A stretch of 64,000 nucleotides of DNA from a bacterium (GTDB lineage Bacteria; UBA8248), in NCBI GenBank assembly GCA_965261085.1, contig OZ253442.1:3072001-3136000 (forward strand), given 5' to 3'. The notes beneath the pieces were generated by a model. That model searched no databases. It worked only from the letters and a program-made list of their open reading frames with translations, and had not been told where the DNA came from. Positions within the stretch are counted from its first letter, which is position 1; each line of letters opens with the position of its first letter. Made by a program: the position numbers and the translations under genes. Positions 38,807 to 49,014 of this stretch are shown here, one piece after another.

Positions 38807-39985
38807 ATGCCCAGAAAAAAGGGCACCCCAACTTTCTGGGGCTACAGAAGGCCTGAGGGTCCTCCGGGCGGCCGAAATCATCTCGCCATTATCAGCGGGA
38901 TGGACAATTCAAACCCTATTGTCCGTAGAATCGGCTCATTGGTGCGAGACGCCACCCCTGTGAACACATCGTTCGGACGCGCTCTGATGGGTGAGGACGA
39001 GGAACAGCATTGGCGGGTAATGGGGCACACCGCTGCGCACCCCAACGTAGGGGCAGCCATAATCGTGAGCCTCGAACCCAAGAGCGCGAACGCCATCGCG
39101 GAAGTAGCCGCGAAAACATCCCCCTGGATGCCGATAGAATCCGTGAATATCCAGGAAATCGGGGGAACTCTCAGCACCACTTCTCATGTCGTGGAACTCG
39201 CCACCAAACTTTCCGCTCATCTTGCATCCGCCAAACGCGTCCGCTGTGAATTGGGCGAACTCACCATCGGCGCGGAATGTGGGGGCTCCGATACGACCAG
39301 CGGCGTCATTTCAAACCCCGTGACGGGAATGGTCGCCGATAAAGTCGTAGAGGCGGGGGGCTCGGTCATCTTTTCCGAAACATTGGAAATTGTGGGGGCC
39401 GAGCATCTTCTCGCCCGCCGGGCCGCAGACAGAAAAACGGCGCGGAGAATCATCGCTGCCGCCAAACGCGCCGTCGATTACGCCGAAAGCATCGGCGTCG
39501 ATTTCATCGGCTCGAATCCGGCGCCCGATAATATCCGGGGTGGACTCTCATCCATTGAGGAAAAAAGCCTGGGAGCCATCAAAAAAGCGGGCAGCCACCC
39601 CATCGTCGAGGTCGTCGGCGTGGGCGAGCGCCCCTCGAAGAAAGGCACCATATTCGCCGATGCCCCTTGCGCCGGCGTAGAAAACATATCTTCGCTCGCA
39701 GCCAGCGGAGCGCAAGCGATTATTTTCTCGACCGGCATCGGGAATCCGATCGGACATCCCATTTCTCCCACCATCAAGGTGACCGGAAATCCCCGAACCG
39801 CCCGGACTATGGCCGAGAACATCGATGTGGACATCAGCGGCGTCATGGAAGGGAGGATGCGCATCGATGAAGCGAGGGATTTGCTCGAAAAAGAACTAAT
39901 CGCGGTGATGAGTGGAAAACTCACGACATCAGAACTGTTGGGAGAGACCGAACTCACGGTCAGCCGGGCCGCACTAAGCCTCTAA
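38807..39985 (+). CDS. UxaA/GarD/SuyB-type large subunit (dehydratase or sulfo-lyase)
   Basis: GYRRPEG..GRNH, HPNVG, ECGGSDTTSG, GGLSSIEEKSLG, FSTG. Confidence 0.88.
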   Translation: MPRKKGTPTFWGYRRPEGPPGGRNHLAIISGMDNSNPIVRRIGSLVRDATPVNTSFGRALMGEDEEQHWRVMGHTAAHPNVGAAIIVSLEPKSANAIAEVAAKTSPWMPIESVNIQEIGGTLSTTSHVVELATKLSAHLASAKRVRCELGELTIGAECGGSDTTSGVISNPVTGMVADKVVEAGGSVIFSETLEIVGAEHLLARRAADRKTARRIIAAAKRAVDYAESIGVDFIGSNPAPDNIRGGLSSIEEKSLGAIKKAGSHPIVEVVGVGERPSKKGTIFADAPCAGVENISSLAASGAQAIIFSTGIGNPIGHPISPTIKVTGNPRTARTMAENIDVDISGVMEGRMRIDEARDLLEKELIAVMSGKLTTSELLGETELTVSRAALSL

Positions 39986-40031
39986 AACCTGTATTTGCAC
40001 TCACCTCAGCGAACAAAAAGAAGCCCGCAGC

Positions 40032-40544
40032 CTAAAAGCCCATTCCCACGATGAGTCGATTCCAGGCATTGATGAGCGCGATGGCGCCGAGAAGTTCCAC
40101 TATCTGCGCTTCTGAATAGTGCGCCTTCAGCGCTTCAAAAGTCTCATCGGAAACACTCACCCCCTGTGTACTTTCCTCACAAAGGCGCATCGCCGCTTTT
40201 TCCGGCTCATTGAAGACGTCGCTTGCGGAACCCTCTTGCGCGGCTTTTGTCTTCTCATCGCTCACTTTGTGCATCCTTGCCATGTTGGAATGCATGTTGA
40301 TGCAAAAATGGCATCCGTTGAGCACCGATGCGCGAATGTTCAGGACCTCCTTGAAACCGACCTCGATCTCTCCCGGACCATCCGCCACCGTGGTCAAGCT
40401 CAATAAAGAGCGCAAGAAATCGGGTTTATGGGCCAAAGCCTTCACCGGCGGAATCACGACGCCGAACTGCTTTTTCAGATTCTCCATGATACGTTTCGCG
40501 GATGCTTCCGCCTGCTCGGGCTCTAACTGGGAAATCCGTGGCAT
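40032..40544 (-). CDS. AhpD-like / carboxymuconolactone decarboxylase family protein
   Basis: SVLNGCHFCINMH CxxC...H motif; INAWNR. Confidence 0.9.
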   Translation of the reverse strand: MPRISQLEPEQAEASAKRIMENLKKQFGVVIPPVKALAHKPDFLRSLLSLTTVADGPGEIEVGFKEVLNIRASVLNGCHFCINMHSNMARMHKVSDEKTKAAQEGSASDVFNEPEKAAMRLCEESTQGVSVSDETFEALKAHYSEAQIVELLGAIALINAWNRLIVGMGF

Positions 40545-40777
40545 TCCATGCTCCTTAAATTGATTCGTCCGGGTATATGCTTGCGCACGAGAGATACGCC
40601 CATTCCACCGATATTTACGTCACCTGGAGGGTACTGGTCAATGAATACTTTGAAATCACTCCGTTAGCGCCATGAACCCGAATGAGCGCAAGCGCAAAAC
40701 ATCTTCTTTTGCTAAACTGTACTCCTGTGAATTTCATACTTTCCGCAGCATTCGCCTTAAACGAGTGGATGAATCCT

Positions 40778-41605
40778 ATGAACAAGCAGATTTCTTTACG
40801 AGAAGCCGCTTCACTCATCAAGGAAGGAGATGCGATTAGTCCTGGCGGCACTCTTCTGCATAGGACCCCTGCCGCCCTCGTGCGCGAAATTGCGCGCTCA
40901 GGCATCCGGCGTCTCACACTCATCAAGCCTTCTCCCGGCTATGACGCCGACCTCCTTTGCGCCGCAGGCGCCGTCGAGAGGGTCATCAGCGGCATCGTTA
41001 CGTTTGAAGCGGAATTCGGATTAGCGCCCCATTACAGAAAGGCGATTGAGAAGGGGTTGACCGGCCTCACCGAACACGCCTGAGCCAGCGTTCTCGCTGG
41101 GCTGCGGGCCGCAGCCTACGGCGTTCCTTTTCAACCCGTTCGCGGATTTGATGGGAGCGATATTCCGGAACACAGCGGTATTTTCACGATTGAAGACCCC
41201 TACACGAAAGAGGAACTGTATGCGATTCCCGCCCTGAAGCCGGACTGGGCATTGATTCACGTTCAAAAATCAGATGTACAGGGTAACGCCCAAATCCTGG
41301 GTAACCGGCAGTTCGACGTTGAAATGACGCGCGCGGCGCAAAAAGGAGTCATTCTCACAACCGAGAAAATCGTACCACCCGAAGAAATCGCATCAGAACC
41401 CGAGAGAACCACCATACCGGGTTTTCTCGTCAAAGCTGTCGTGGAAACACCGGGCGGGGCCTCGCCTTGTAGCTGCCACCCATACTATGAGGTGGACAAG
41501 GATGAAATGGGTCGTTACCTAACCCTGACCCAGAGCAAGGATGGCCTTCAAGAATATCTTGCCAGTACCGACCGGACACACACGCAAGACGCAGTGGGAA
41601 GATAG
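40778..41605 (+). CDS. Family I CoA-transferase-like (GctA/IpdA-type) subunit A, putative selenoprotein (U102, TGA 41081-41083)
   Basis: ORFs ending 41083 and 41605 share a frame; the intervening codons give conserved GLRAAAYGVPFQP...EDPY...IPALKPDWALIHVQKSD..GN; SECIS-like hairpin downstream. Confidence 0.8.
41095..41123 (+). promoter_or_regulatory. Putative bacterial SECIS element
   Basis: UGA + 11 nt + CGCUG-GGCUGCG-GGC-CGCAGCC-UA-CGGCG hairpin with G-initiated apical loop. Confidence 0.6.
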
Positions 41606-41607
41606 CG

Positions 41608-42360
41608 ATGGGCAATCGCCTGGCCTTGTTGCCTGAACACGTGATTCGCGCTGGAAACCAGATGGTCGTCACCCTGTCGCGCCTCATCGAAGATGGTGAC
41701 AAGGTGTTCCACGGGGTCAACTCCCCGCTTCCCATGGTTGCGATTTTTCTGGCAAAAAAACGACACGCCCCCAACTGCACGCTCATAGAAGTCGCGGGCT
41801 CGGTGGACCCGAAACCACGCTTCATGCCGAACAGCACGGCCGACCCCGAACTCTGCCATGGCGCGGCTTCCTTGTTCTACAACCCGGACACGTATGATCT
41901 TTTTGCGCGTGGTGAGATGGACCTCGCTTTCCTGGGCGCCGCCCAACTCGACAAGCAAGGACGAGCCAATATGAGTTATATCGGCGACCCGTTCCACCCG
42001 AAAGTAAGGCTTCCCGGTGGAGGGGGAGGCGCCGTCATCATGCCCCAGGTGAAACGAACCGTCATTTGGAGAACGGTGCACGACAAACGATTTCTCGTGC
42101 CTAAGGTCGATTTTTCGACGCAATCCGGAAACCTGAGTCACGTGGTGACACCCATCGCCTTGTTTGAAAAAAAATCAACAGGGCTGGAACTCGCCAGCGT
42201 CCACGCCGGCCACTCGATGGATGAAGTCGTCGAGGAAACCGGGTTTGATCTGCATTGCCCAAGCGTTGTAGCGCAAACTCCCGCGCCGAGCGTCGATGAA
42301 CTAAACGCCTTGGAGGAACTCGATCCGGATGGTGTGCGGTTTTCAGAATTTCGTGTATAA
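41608..42360 (+). CDS. Family I CoA-transferase-like (GctB/IpdB-type) subunit B
   Basis: FLGAAQLDKQGRAN, RLPGGGG, H..RFL..VDF.T; starts 2 nt after the subunit A stop. Confidence 0.88.
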   Translation: MGNRLALLPEHVIRAGNQMVVTLSRLIEDGDKVFHGVNSPLPMVAIFLAKKRHAPNCTLIEVAGSVDPKPRFMPNSTADPELCHGAASLFYNPDTYDLFARGEMDLAFLGAAQLDKQGRANMSYIGDPFHPKVRLPGGGGGAVIMPQVKRTVIWRTVHDKRFLVPKVDFSTQSGNLSHVVTPIALFEKKSTGLELASVHAGHSMDEVVEETGFDLHCPSVVAQTPAPSVDELNALEELDPDGVRFSEFRV

Positions 42361-42445
42361 GTCGCGCAACTTTGATTGAAACGGTAATCCCCCACTCGCC
42401 ACATGATGTCGAGGTTTTTAGACACGATGAATTCCGGAGAATTTG

Positions 42446-43087
42446 ATGAATCGCGAATTGATGAATCACCTGAAAAACTATTCAGCCTGTCAGGCGGCGG
42501 ACGCCTTTGACAAATTAAAAATCAGAGGCCACATGCCCGACATCATCCTGTTGTCCCCCGATCCTGATTACCGGATGGTGGGAGAAGCCCATACCGTTCG
42601 GATGGTTCCCGCCGGCGGCGGCCCTCTGCCCAAACGCGAGGCGCACCATATCGACGCGGCGCCTGAGGGGAGCATCGTCGTCATAAGCATCCCCTCTGGG
42701 GTGACGACGGCCAACTGGGGCGGAATGATGAGCACGCGAGCGAAAGTAATGAAACTTGGCGGAGTCGTACTGGACGGCAGAGCCAGAGATCTAGAAGAAC
42801 ACCGCCAGATGGGATTCCCCGTGTTCGCCAGAGGGGTCTCGGTTCACGGCAGCGGCGGGTATACGGTTCCCATCAGTGTAGGAGAGCCGATCAATTGCGG
42901 GGGCGTCACGGTAAGGCAGGGAGATATCATTCTGGGAGACGTAAACGGTGTGGTCGTCATCCCCAGGGAAAGGCTCGAAGAAGTCATCGACAAGATGGAT
43001 GAATTGGCGAAAATCGAAGAAAAAATCATTGCGGAGCTCGAAAAAGGCGCGAGCATCGGTGAGACGTTCGCCAAGTATCGAGACTAG
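42446..43087 (+). CDS. RraA family / HMG-CHA aldolase-like protein
   Basis: ADAFD, NWGGMMS, DGRARD, GDIILGDVNGVVVIP. Confidence 0.9.
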   Translation: MNRELMNHLKNYSACQAADAFDKLKIRGHMPDIILLSPDPDYRMVGEAHTVRMVPAGGGPLPKREAHHIDAAPEGSIVVISIPSGVTTANWGGMMSTRAKVMKLGGVVLDGRARDLEEHRQMGFPVFARGVSVHGSGGYTVPISVGEPINCGGVTVRQGDIILGDVNGVVVIPRERLEEVIDKMDELAKIEEKIIAELEKGASIGETFAKYRD

Positions 43088-43219
43088 CCCGAAACCACGA
43101 CAACCACCTGAAAACGCAATTTCATAAAACCTACTCAAAAAAAATTTCTGCCTGGCAGCAACAGATGAACCTGATATAATGCCAATGTGATTCAAAAAAT
43201 CCGCCCTAGATACATTCCG

Positions 43220-43882
43220 ATGAACTTAAAAAACACTCCGTCGCATATTGTTCCCTTGCAGGTTCTTATCGTTTATCTCGTTTTTTCCATCTTCCTGAGT
43301 GGATGCAGCTTTATACCCTCGCCGATAAGTCCTCATATCCAGAGTGAGAATTTCTACGGCATCGCATCGTGGTATGGAAATCCCTACCACGGACGCAAAA
43401 CAGCAAATGGCGAAACCTATGACATGCACGCGCTCACGGCCGCGCACCGCACCCTGCCTTTTGGTTCAAGAGTACGGGTGCGAAGAAACGACGACGGACG
43501 GGAAGTGGAAGTCCGGATTAACGATCGCGGTCCCTTTTTTATTAACCGAGTTATCGACCTCTCACAAGAGGCCGCTCGTAGAATCGGCATGTTGCGCAGT
43601 GGCACCACCGAGGTTCACATCGAACCCCTCTATGTCCCCCGAGAATTGAACCCGAAATGGATGATCCTGGTGGGCGGGTTTACGGAAAAACCAGAGGCGC
43701 AAGAATTCGCCGATTATTTTCACGGCAATGGCACGATCTCAGAGATTCGACCCGGCTGGCACGGGAACTACAACCACTATCACGTGCAGATCAAAGGACT
43801 GGGCCGTGAGAGTAAAGCAAAGCGATTGGCAGAAAGGTTGCAGCGAAACGGGTACGGGGCATTTATCGTAAGAGCGAAATGA
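43220..43882 (+). CDS. rlpA: Septal ring lytic transglycosylase RlpA family lipoprotein with SPOR domain
   Basis: Lipobox LSGC; GIASWYG, TAAHRTLP, RINDRGPF, IDLS. Confidence 0.9.
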   Translation: MNLKNTPSHIVPLQVLIVYLVFSIFLSGCSFIPSPISPHIQSENFYGIASWYGNPYHGRKTANGETYDMHALTAAHRTLPFGSRVRVRRNDDGREVEVRINDRGPFFINRVIDLSQEAARRIGMLRSGTTEVHIEPLYVPRELNPKWMILVGGFTEKPEAQEFADYFHGNGTISEIRPGWHGNYNHYHVQIKGLGRESKAKRLAERLQRNGYGAFIVRAK

Positions 43883-43887
43883 ACAAC

Positions 43888-45960
43888 TCAATCCCTCTGG
43901 AGCGCTCGTTCGATAGCGCTCAGATCCGTAAGCGGCTCTTTACATATGAAATTTTCGCACAGGTATACAGTAGCTCGTCCATCCACCATGAATTTTCCAT
44001 CGAGCAGGGGCACTTCGATGTCTGTTTCTGCATCTGATGATTCCGACTTCAAAGCCAAAATTTTATTGGGAATAAAGCGCGAATCAACGGCCCTGAGAGT
44101 TGCGCGCGTATCTTCTGAGTCTCTCTCGCCGACAACCACCACCTCCATCGGGGAATCGAGATAAAAGTCCAACGCCACCAGCATCATGTGGAAGGCGGCC
44201 GGTGCGCGGTCCAGGTATTCACCAAACGAGCGCAAAACACCCAAGCCGCATTCCGCGAATTCCGTCTCGCCCGACAGCTTCGCCAATTTCAGCAAACCCA
44301 GCGCCGCCATTGAGTTGCCGCTTGGTATCGCGCCGTCTTGCGTCATCTTCTTTCTAACGATGAGCCGTTCATGGTCGTGGGCAGTGAAGAAGAATGCGCC
44401 CTCCTCGTCATCCCAATAGCGCGATATCATCTCCCTCGCCAAATCCGAGGCCGCTTGAATCCATCGAGGCTCGAAACTTGCTTCGTATAAATCCACCAGA
44501 CCCACGATCAAAAAAGCATAATCATCTAGATACGCGTTGAACTTGCTCACGCCTGCCCGGTGACTCCTCAGCAGGCCCCGCTCATCGCGCATGTTGTTCA
44601 AAATAAAATCCGCCGCCTTGCTCGCCTCTTCCACGTAGGGTGGGTGCTCCAGAATTCTGCCCGCCAAAGCCATCGATCCAATCATGAGTCCGTTCCAGCT
44701 CGTGAGAATCTTATCGTCCAGGCCAGGCTTCACGCGCCGCTCGCGCTCGGCAAAGAGTTTTGCGCGTCCCCTTTGCAAAATATCAAAGAGGTCCTCTTCT
44801 GTGATTCCCAGTTCTTCGGCGAAAATGCGGGGTGGTTTCTGGATGAACAAGGCGGAAGTTTTCCCCTCGAAGTTCCCCTCATCCGTCACGCTGTAGAAAC
44901 GGCAGAAAATGTCCGCTTCATCCTTGCCGAGAATCTCTTCTATCTGCTCAGGACGCCATACGAAGAACTTGCCCTCCTCGCCCTCGCTGTCGGCATCCTG
45001 CGCAGAGTAGAATCCGCCGTCCGGGCTGGTCATTTCACGCAAAACATAATCAAGCGTATCCGCCACCACGGAGCGATAAAACGCGCTTCCCGTCGCCTGG
45101 TAGGCCTCGAGATACACCCTGGATAAAAGACCGTTGTCATAAAGCATTTTTTCGAAGTGCGGGATGAGCCAGTAAGCATCCACGCTGTATCGGTGAAACC
45201 CGCCGCCGAGTTGATCATACATCCCGCCCAACGCCATCCTCTGGAGCGTTATCTCGACCATCTTCAGTAGTTCCTGATCCCCGGATCGTCTCCACTTTCT
45301 CAAAAGCAACATCAACGCCATGGAAGGTGGAAATTTTGGAGCTTGCCCAAAACCACCCCAGGTAGAGTCGAATCGATCCTTCAGTTCTTGCGCGGCTTTG
45401 TCGATCCATTCCGCTTTCAAATCACCTTTTGTGGATGCAACGACTCCCATTTGCTGCAAATTCGCCGTTAAGCTTTCTGCATTATCCTGCAAATCCTCTT
45501 GTCTCGTCCGATAAACTTCGGCCAGCCTCAAGAGCACGTTTTTGAAGCCGGGCCTGCCCCATTTGTCATGTGGGGGAAAATATGTGCCCCCGAAAAAGGG
45601 CCGTAAGTCCGGGAGCAGGAAAACACTCATGGGCCAACCACCTTGGCCCGTCATCATCTGCACCGCCTCCATGTAGATCCCATCGATATCGGGACGCTCT
45701 TCGCGGTCCACTTTAATGGAGACGAAATGCTCGTTCATGATTTCAGCGATTTCCTCATCCTCGAAACTTTCATGCTCCATCACATGGCACCAATGGCAGG
45801 CAGAATAGCCGACAGACAGAAAAATGGGCTTGTTTTCTTCTCTTGATTTGCGGAGCGCATCCTCGCCCCAGGGATACCACTGCACCGGATTATATTGGTG
45901 CTGCAAGAGGTACGGGCTCGTCTCCTGCGCAAGGAGGTTCTTCCGCTGGGGCTGATTCAT
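43888..45960 (-). CDS. Thioredoxin domain-containing protein (YyaL/SSP411 family)
   Basis: SPYLLQH, CHWCHVM, KVDREERPD, PHFEKMLYDN. Confidence 0.95.
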   Translation of the reverse strand: MNQPQRKNLLAQETSPYLLQHQYNPVQWYPWGEDALRKSREENKPIFLSVGYSACHWCHVMEHESFEDEEIAEIMNEHFVSIKVDREERPDIDGIYMEAVQMMTGQGGWPMSVFLLPDLRPFFGGTYFPPHDKWGRPGFKNVLLRLAEVYRTRQEDLQDNAESLTANLQQMGVVASTKGDLKAEWIDKAAQELKDRFDSTWGGFGQAPKFPPSMALMLLLRKWRRSGDQELLKMVEITLQRMALGGMYDQLGGGFHRYSVDAYWLIPHFEKMLYDNGLLSRVYLEAYQATGSAFYRSVVADTLDYVLREMTSPDGGFYSAQDADSEGEEGKFFVWRPEQIEEILGKDEADIFCRFYSVTDEGNFEGKTSALFIQKPPRIFAEELGITEEDLFDILQRGRAKLFAERERRVKPGLDDKILTSWNGLMIGSMALAGRILEHPPYVEEASKAADFILNNMRDERGLLRSHRAGVSKFNAYLDDYAFLIVGLVDLYEASFEPRWIQAASDLAREMISRYWDDEEGAFFFTAHDHERLIVRKKMTQDGAIPSGNSMAALGLLKLAKLSGETEFAECGLGVLRSFGEYLDRAPAAFHMMLVALDFYLDSPMEVVVVGERDSEDTRATLRAVDSRFIPNKILALKSESSDAETDIEVPLLDGKFMVDGRATVYLCENFICKEPLTDLSAIERALQRD

Positions 45961-46032
45961 GAATTCCTCATATGAGTGGATGACAAACCGCTAGCCACAA
46001 AAGGATGCCTGCCCTAGGGTATGGGAGAATGC

Positions 46033-46536
46033 TCAACGAAACAATTCCGGCTGGGGAGCTGTTTGCGTGTGTGTCTCCACACGCCCGTCTCCCCGAATAT
46101 GCGATATGTTTGCACCGCAACTCTCCACCCAGGCCGCCGATATCAGATGGAAGCGATGACAATTTCTCGGATTCTCCTCCGCGCAGAGAATCGCCGTGGG
46201 CGTTTTTTCTACCAGCGCTCTCAGGCGCTTCATGGCGCGGGTGAAATTCTTACTAAGCCTTACTTTCATCCAATCGATACGCCCTTGGGCATCGAAAAAT
46301 TCTGGATTTTTTGTGAAATCGCGTTTGCCTCCCAATGCATCTCCTTCCCAGATGTATACGATGTCTCTCGATGAGAGACCCTGGTCCATTTTTTCCCTGC
46401 TGAACTGGGGATTTCTCCTGCTGTAGGGGATGCTGCGCACATCCACCACACATGCGATACCGTGGCGACTCAGCAAGTCCAGGAATTTCTCCTCGCTGTG
46501 GTTGCTGTGACCTATCGTCCAAAGCGGGTGCTTCAA
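46033..46536 (-). CDS. DUF488 family protein
   Basis: TIGHSN, VDVRS.PYSR, LCAE....CHR; TTGA coupling to the M20 gene. Confidence 0.88.
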   Translation of the reverse strand: MKHPLWTIGHSNHSEEKFLDLLSRHGIACVVDVRSIPYSRRNPQFSREKMDQGLSSRDIVYIWEGDALGGKRDFTKNPEFFDAQGRIDWMKVRLSKNFTRAMKRLRALVEKTPTAILCAEENPRNCHRFHLISAAWVESCGANISHIRGDGRVETHTQTAPQPELFR

Positions 46537-47873
46537 ACGAGGCCCCCCATGAGAGTCGCCGCAATCTCGCACCCGCGATGAAAAATCTCTACGTCGATAT
46601 TCTCATCCGGAGCATGAGCGTTCGAGTCCGCATTGGCGAGAGGGAACCAGACGGACGGAATGCCTAAGTCCCTCGTGAACATGCTATCAGGAACGCTGCC
46701 GCCGAAGTTAGGATAAATGACAGGTTCGATCCCGTAACCGCCGACGGCCTTGATCACCTTTTGCACATAAGGATCGTCCGCTGGTGTCTTACTGGCGTCG
46801 AAGGTGGCCAGCTTGCGCACTTCGATGTCATTGAAACCTTCTGCTACCAAAAAAGAGCACACATCATCAAAAAGCCTGTTCGGGTTCTGTTCCACCACAA
46901 GGCGAAAATCCAGCTTCGCGCGCACAGAACCCGGGAGGACCGTTTTCATGCCATCGTGAGAATATCCCCCCTGAAATCCACAAATATTCAGGTTCGGCTG
47001 GGTGAGAGATTTCACATAAAAAGAGGACAGATCTGGAATCTGAGCGGCTCCCTCTCCGATAACGGCCCGAAGCTCCGTTTCCGGGTCAGGAATGCCCTCC
47101 AGCGCATTCTTGTCCGCATCGCCAACCTGGAGAACGGCATCGTAAAACCCGGGCACACGCACCCTCCCATCACCGTCGCGTAGACATTGCACGGCCTCCA
47201 TGAGACGCCAGAATGGATTCGGGACCGGTCCGCCGTAAGTCCCGGAATGGAGGTCTTTCCCGACGCCGTGAGCCAGGAGTTCGATATAGAGCAACCCCCT
47301 ACAACCTAAAGAGAGTGTTGGTCTGCCCGATGGGTGCAAGGAACCATCTGAAGAGCAAGCGATATCGGCTTTCAACAATTCTTTGTTCGCCTGTATGAAT
47401 TTCCTCAAGTTGGGAGAACCCATTTCCTCTTCGCCCTCTATCAAAAATTTGAGGTTGATGGGCATTTCCGTATTCGTCTGGTGATAAGCCTGCACCGCCT
47501 TGATTTGGGCGAAATGCTGGCCTTTGTTGTCTCCCGCCCCTCGGGCGTAGAGGCGGCCATCGCGCACTTGAGGCTCGAATGGTTCGGAACTCCAGCCCTC
47601 GGCCATGTCGGCCGGCTGAACGTCATAGTGACCATAGATCAGCAAGTTCGGAGCATTCGGAGGCCCTTTCACTTCCCCGTATACGAGAGAAATACCCTCC
47701 GTCGGAAGGATCTGCGCCTCGATGCCTGCGCTGTTCATCAATCCCGTCAAATGCGCCGCCGCCTCCTCGACACCGATACCCAACGTGCTGATGGATGGCA
47801 TTCGTAGGTATTCAATGAGTTCCGCCAGACTCTGCTCCCTTCTCGCTCGCAGAAAATCAATCACCGCCGACAT
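46533..47873 (-). CDS. M20/M25/M40 family metallo-hydrolase (dipeptidase-like)
   Basis: YGHYDVQP, RGAGDNKGQ, EGEEE, DLHSG, NAHAPDE. Confidence 0.93.
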   Translation of the reverse strand: MSAVIDFLRARREQSLAELIEYLRMPSISTLGIGVEEAAAHLTGLMNSAGIEAQILPTEGISLVYGEVKGPPNAPNLLIYGHYDVQPADMAEGWSSEPFEPQVRDGRLYARGAGDNKGQHFAQIKAVQAYHQTNTEMPINLKFLIEGEEEMGSPNLRKFIQANKELLKADIACSSDGSLHPSGRPTLSLGCRGLLYIELLAHGVGKDLHSGTYGGPVPNPFWRLMEAVQCLRDGDGRVRVPGFYDAVLQVGDADKNALEGIPDPETELRAVIGEGAAQIPDLSSFYVKSLTQPNLNICGFQGGYSHDGMKTVLPGSVRAKLDFRLVVEQNPNRLFDDVCSFLVAEGFNDIEVRKLATFDASKTPADDPYVQKVIKAVGGYGIEPVIYPNFGGSVPDSMFTRDLGIPSVWFPLANADSNAHAPDENIDVEIFHRGCEIAATLMGGLV

Positions 47874-47997
47874 TCCACTCTCCTTTGCAACAAGCTATAT
47901 TCGCCAAGATGTTGCCGAAATCGTTCACCTGGATTATTCTCAGAGATGGCATGAACCCGCCAAATTTTTTTGCCGCCGCGCAAAAATTGGATTTCGC

Positions 47998-49008
47998 ATG
48001 ATTCGATCTGTTCTTAGCATAATTCATCGCTTCTTCAAGGTCATCCGCGTAAGGTGGCTCCTGCTTTTCATGCTCGCCATGCTGATGGTGACAAGCTGTG
48101 TCCGGCCCCGCACCTCAGGTCTCGTTCCTGCTCCTATCGGAAGCTACGACCACCAAGAGAGCTATGTCGAATTACCATCGAGCATTGAAACCGCTTCGAT
48201 AATGGGATATCTGGTGCGTCCTGCAAAAAACGAGAGATACCCTTGCGTGATATTGCTGCACGGGAAAGGCGGTTGGTGGCGGGCATATATCCGCTACGCT
48301 CGAAAGCTCGCAAGCCATGGATTCTCATCCTTAATCATCAATTATTACTCCGTGCACCAAGTGGACCTCGAAGGCCTTACGACACCATTCGTCCAACGAA
48401 AGGTGAATTTCGAACGCCAGAATGAAGACATCAACCGAGCCGTTTCCGCCTTTGCGAAAAGCGCGCATTGCATGCAAAACAAGGCCGGTCTCATCGGATT
48501 CTCCCTTGGCGCGGACAAGGCGTTTCGCGCGGCCGCGTCACTTCCGGTCGTGAAGGCCGTGGTAGCCTACTATGGTCCTTATGATTATGCGTCTTTCATC
48601 AAAAAGCGCATCAACGCCGTGGTTCTCGCCCTGGCGACCGAGGATTTGTTGCGCTGGAAGAAATATCTGGAATTTCACAGCCCCGCCAACAAGATACAGA
48701 ACACAAAAGCTTCGACCTTGATGTTTCATGGTGTGGCGGACGGGATAATTCCCGTCCAACAATCATTCGCAATGATGAAAAAGCTGCGCGAGAGAGAATC
48801 GGGTTATGCTGAATTGAAACTTTACGAGGGCACCGGCCACAATTTTATTCTGAGAAGGAGAACTCCACGGGAAAGAGAAGATTCGATTCGACGCGCATTG
48901 ATTTTCCTCAAAAGCCACCTTTCTCAAACCCGGGAACGGCCTAAAGCACAAGATAAGGACGAAAAACGAGTAAATCTTCATCCTGAAAACAATAAACAAG
49001 AAAGTTGA
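47998..49008 (+). CDS. Dienelactone hydrolase-family lipoprotein
   Basis: Lipobox VTSC, LLHG, GFSLG, FHG.AD, GHNF. Confidence 0.8.
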   Translation: MIRSVLSIIHRFFKVIRVRWLLLFMLAMLMVTSCVRPRTSGLVPAPIGSYDHQESYVELPSSIETASIMGYLVRPAKNERYPCVILLHGKGGWWRAYIRYARKLASHGFSSLIINYYSVHQVDLEGLTTPFVQRKVNFERQNEDINRAVSAFAKSAHCMQNKAGLIGFSLGADKAFRAAASLPVVKAVVAYYGPYDYASFIKKRINAVVLALATEDLLRWKKYLEFHSPANKIQNTKASTLMFHGVADGIIPVQQSFAMMKKLRERESGYAELKLYEGTGHNFILRRRTPREREDSIRRALIFLKSHLSQTRERPKAQDKDEKRVNLHPENNKQES

Positions 49009-49014
49009 CTGATT

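Noticed and set aside
41081-41083. Reading the TGA as a simple nonsense mutation (pseudogene)
   Set aside because: Disfavoured, not excluded: it is the only lesion, it appears to fall at an active-site position, it has a SECIS-like hairpin, and another selenoprotein is in the window.
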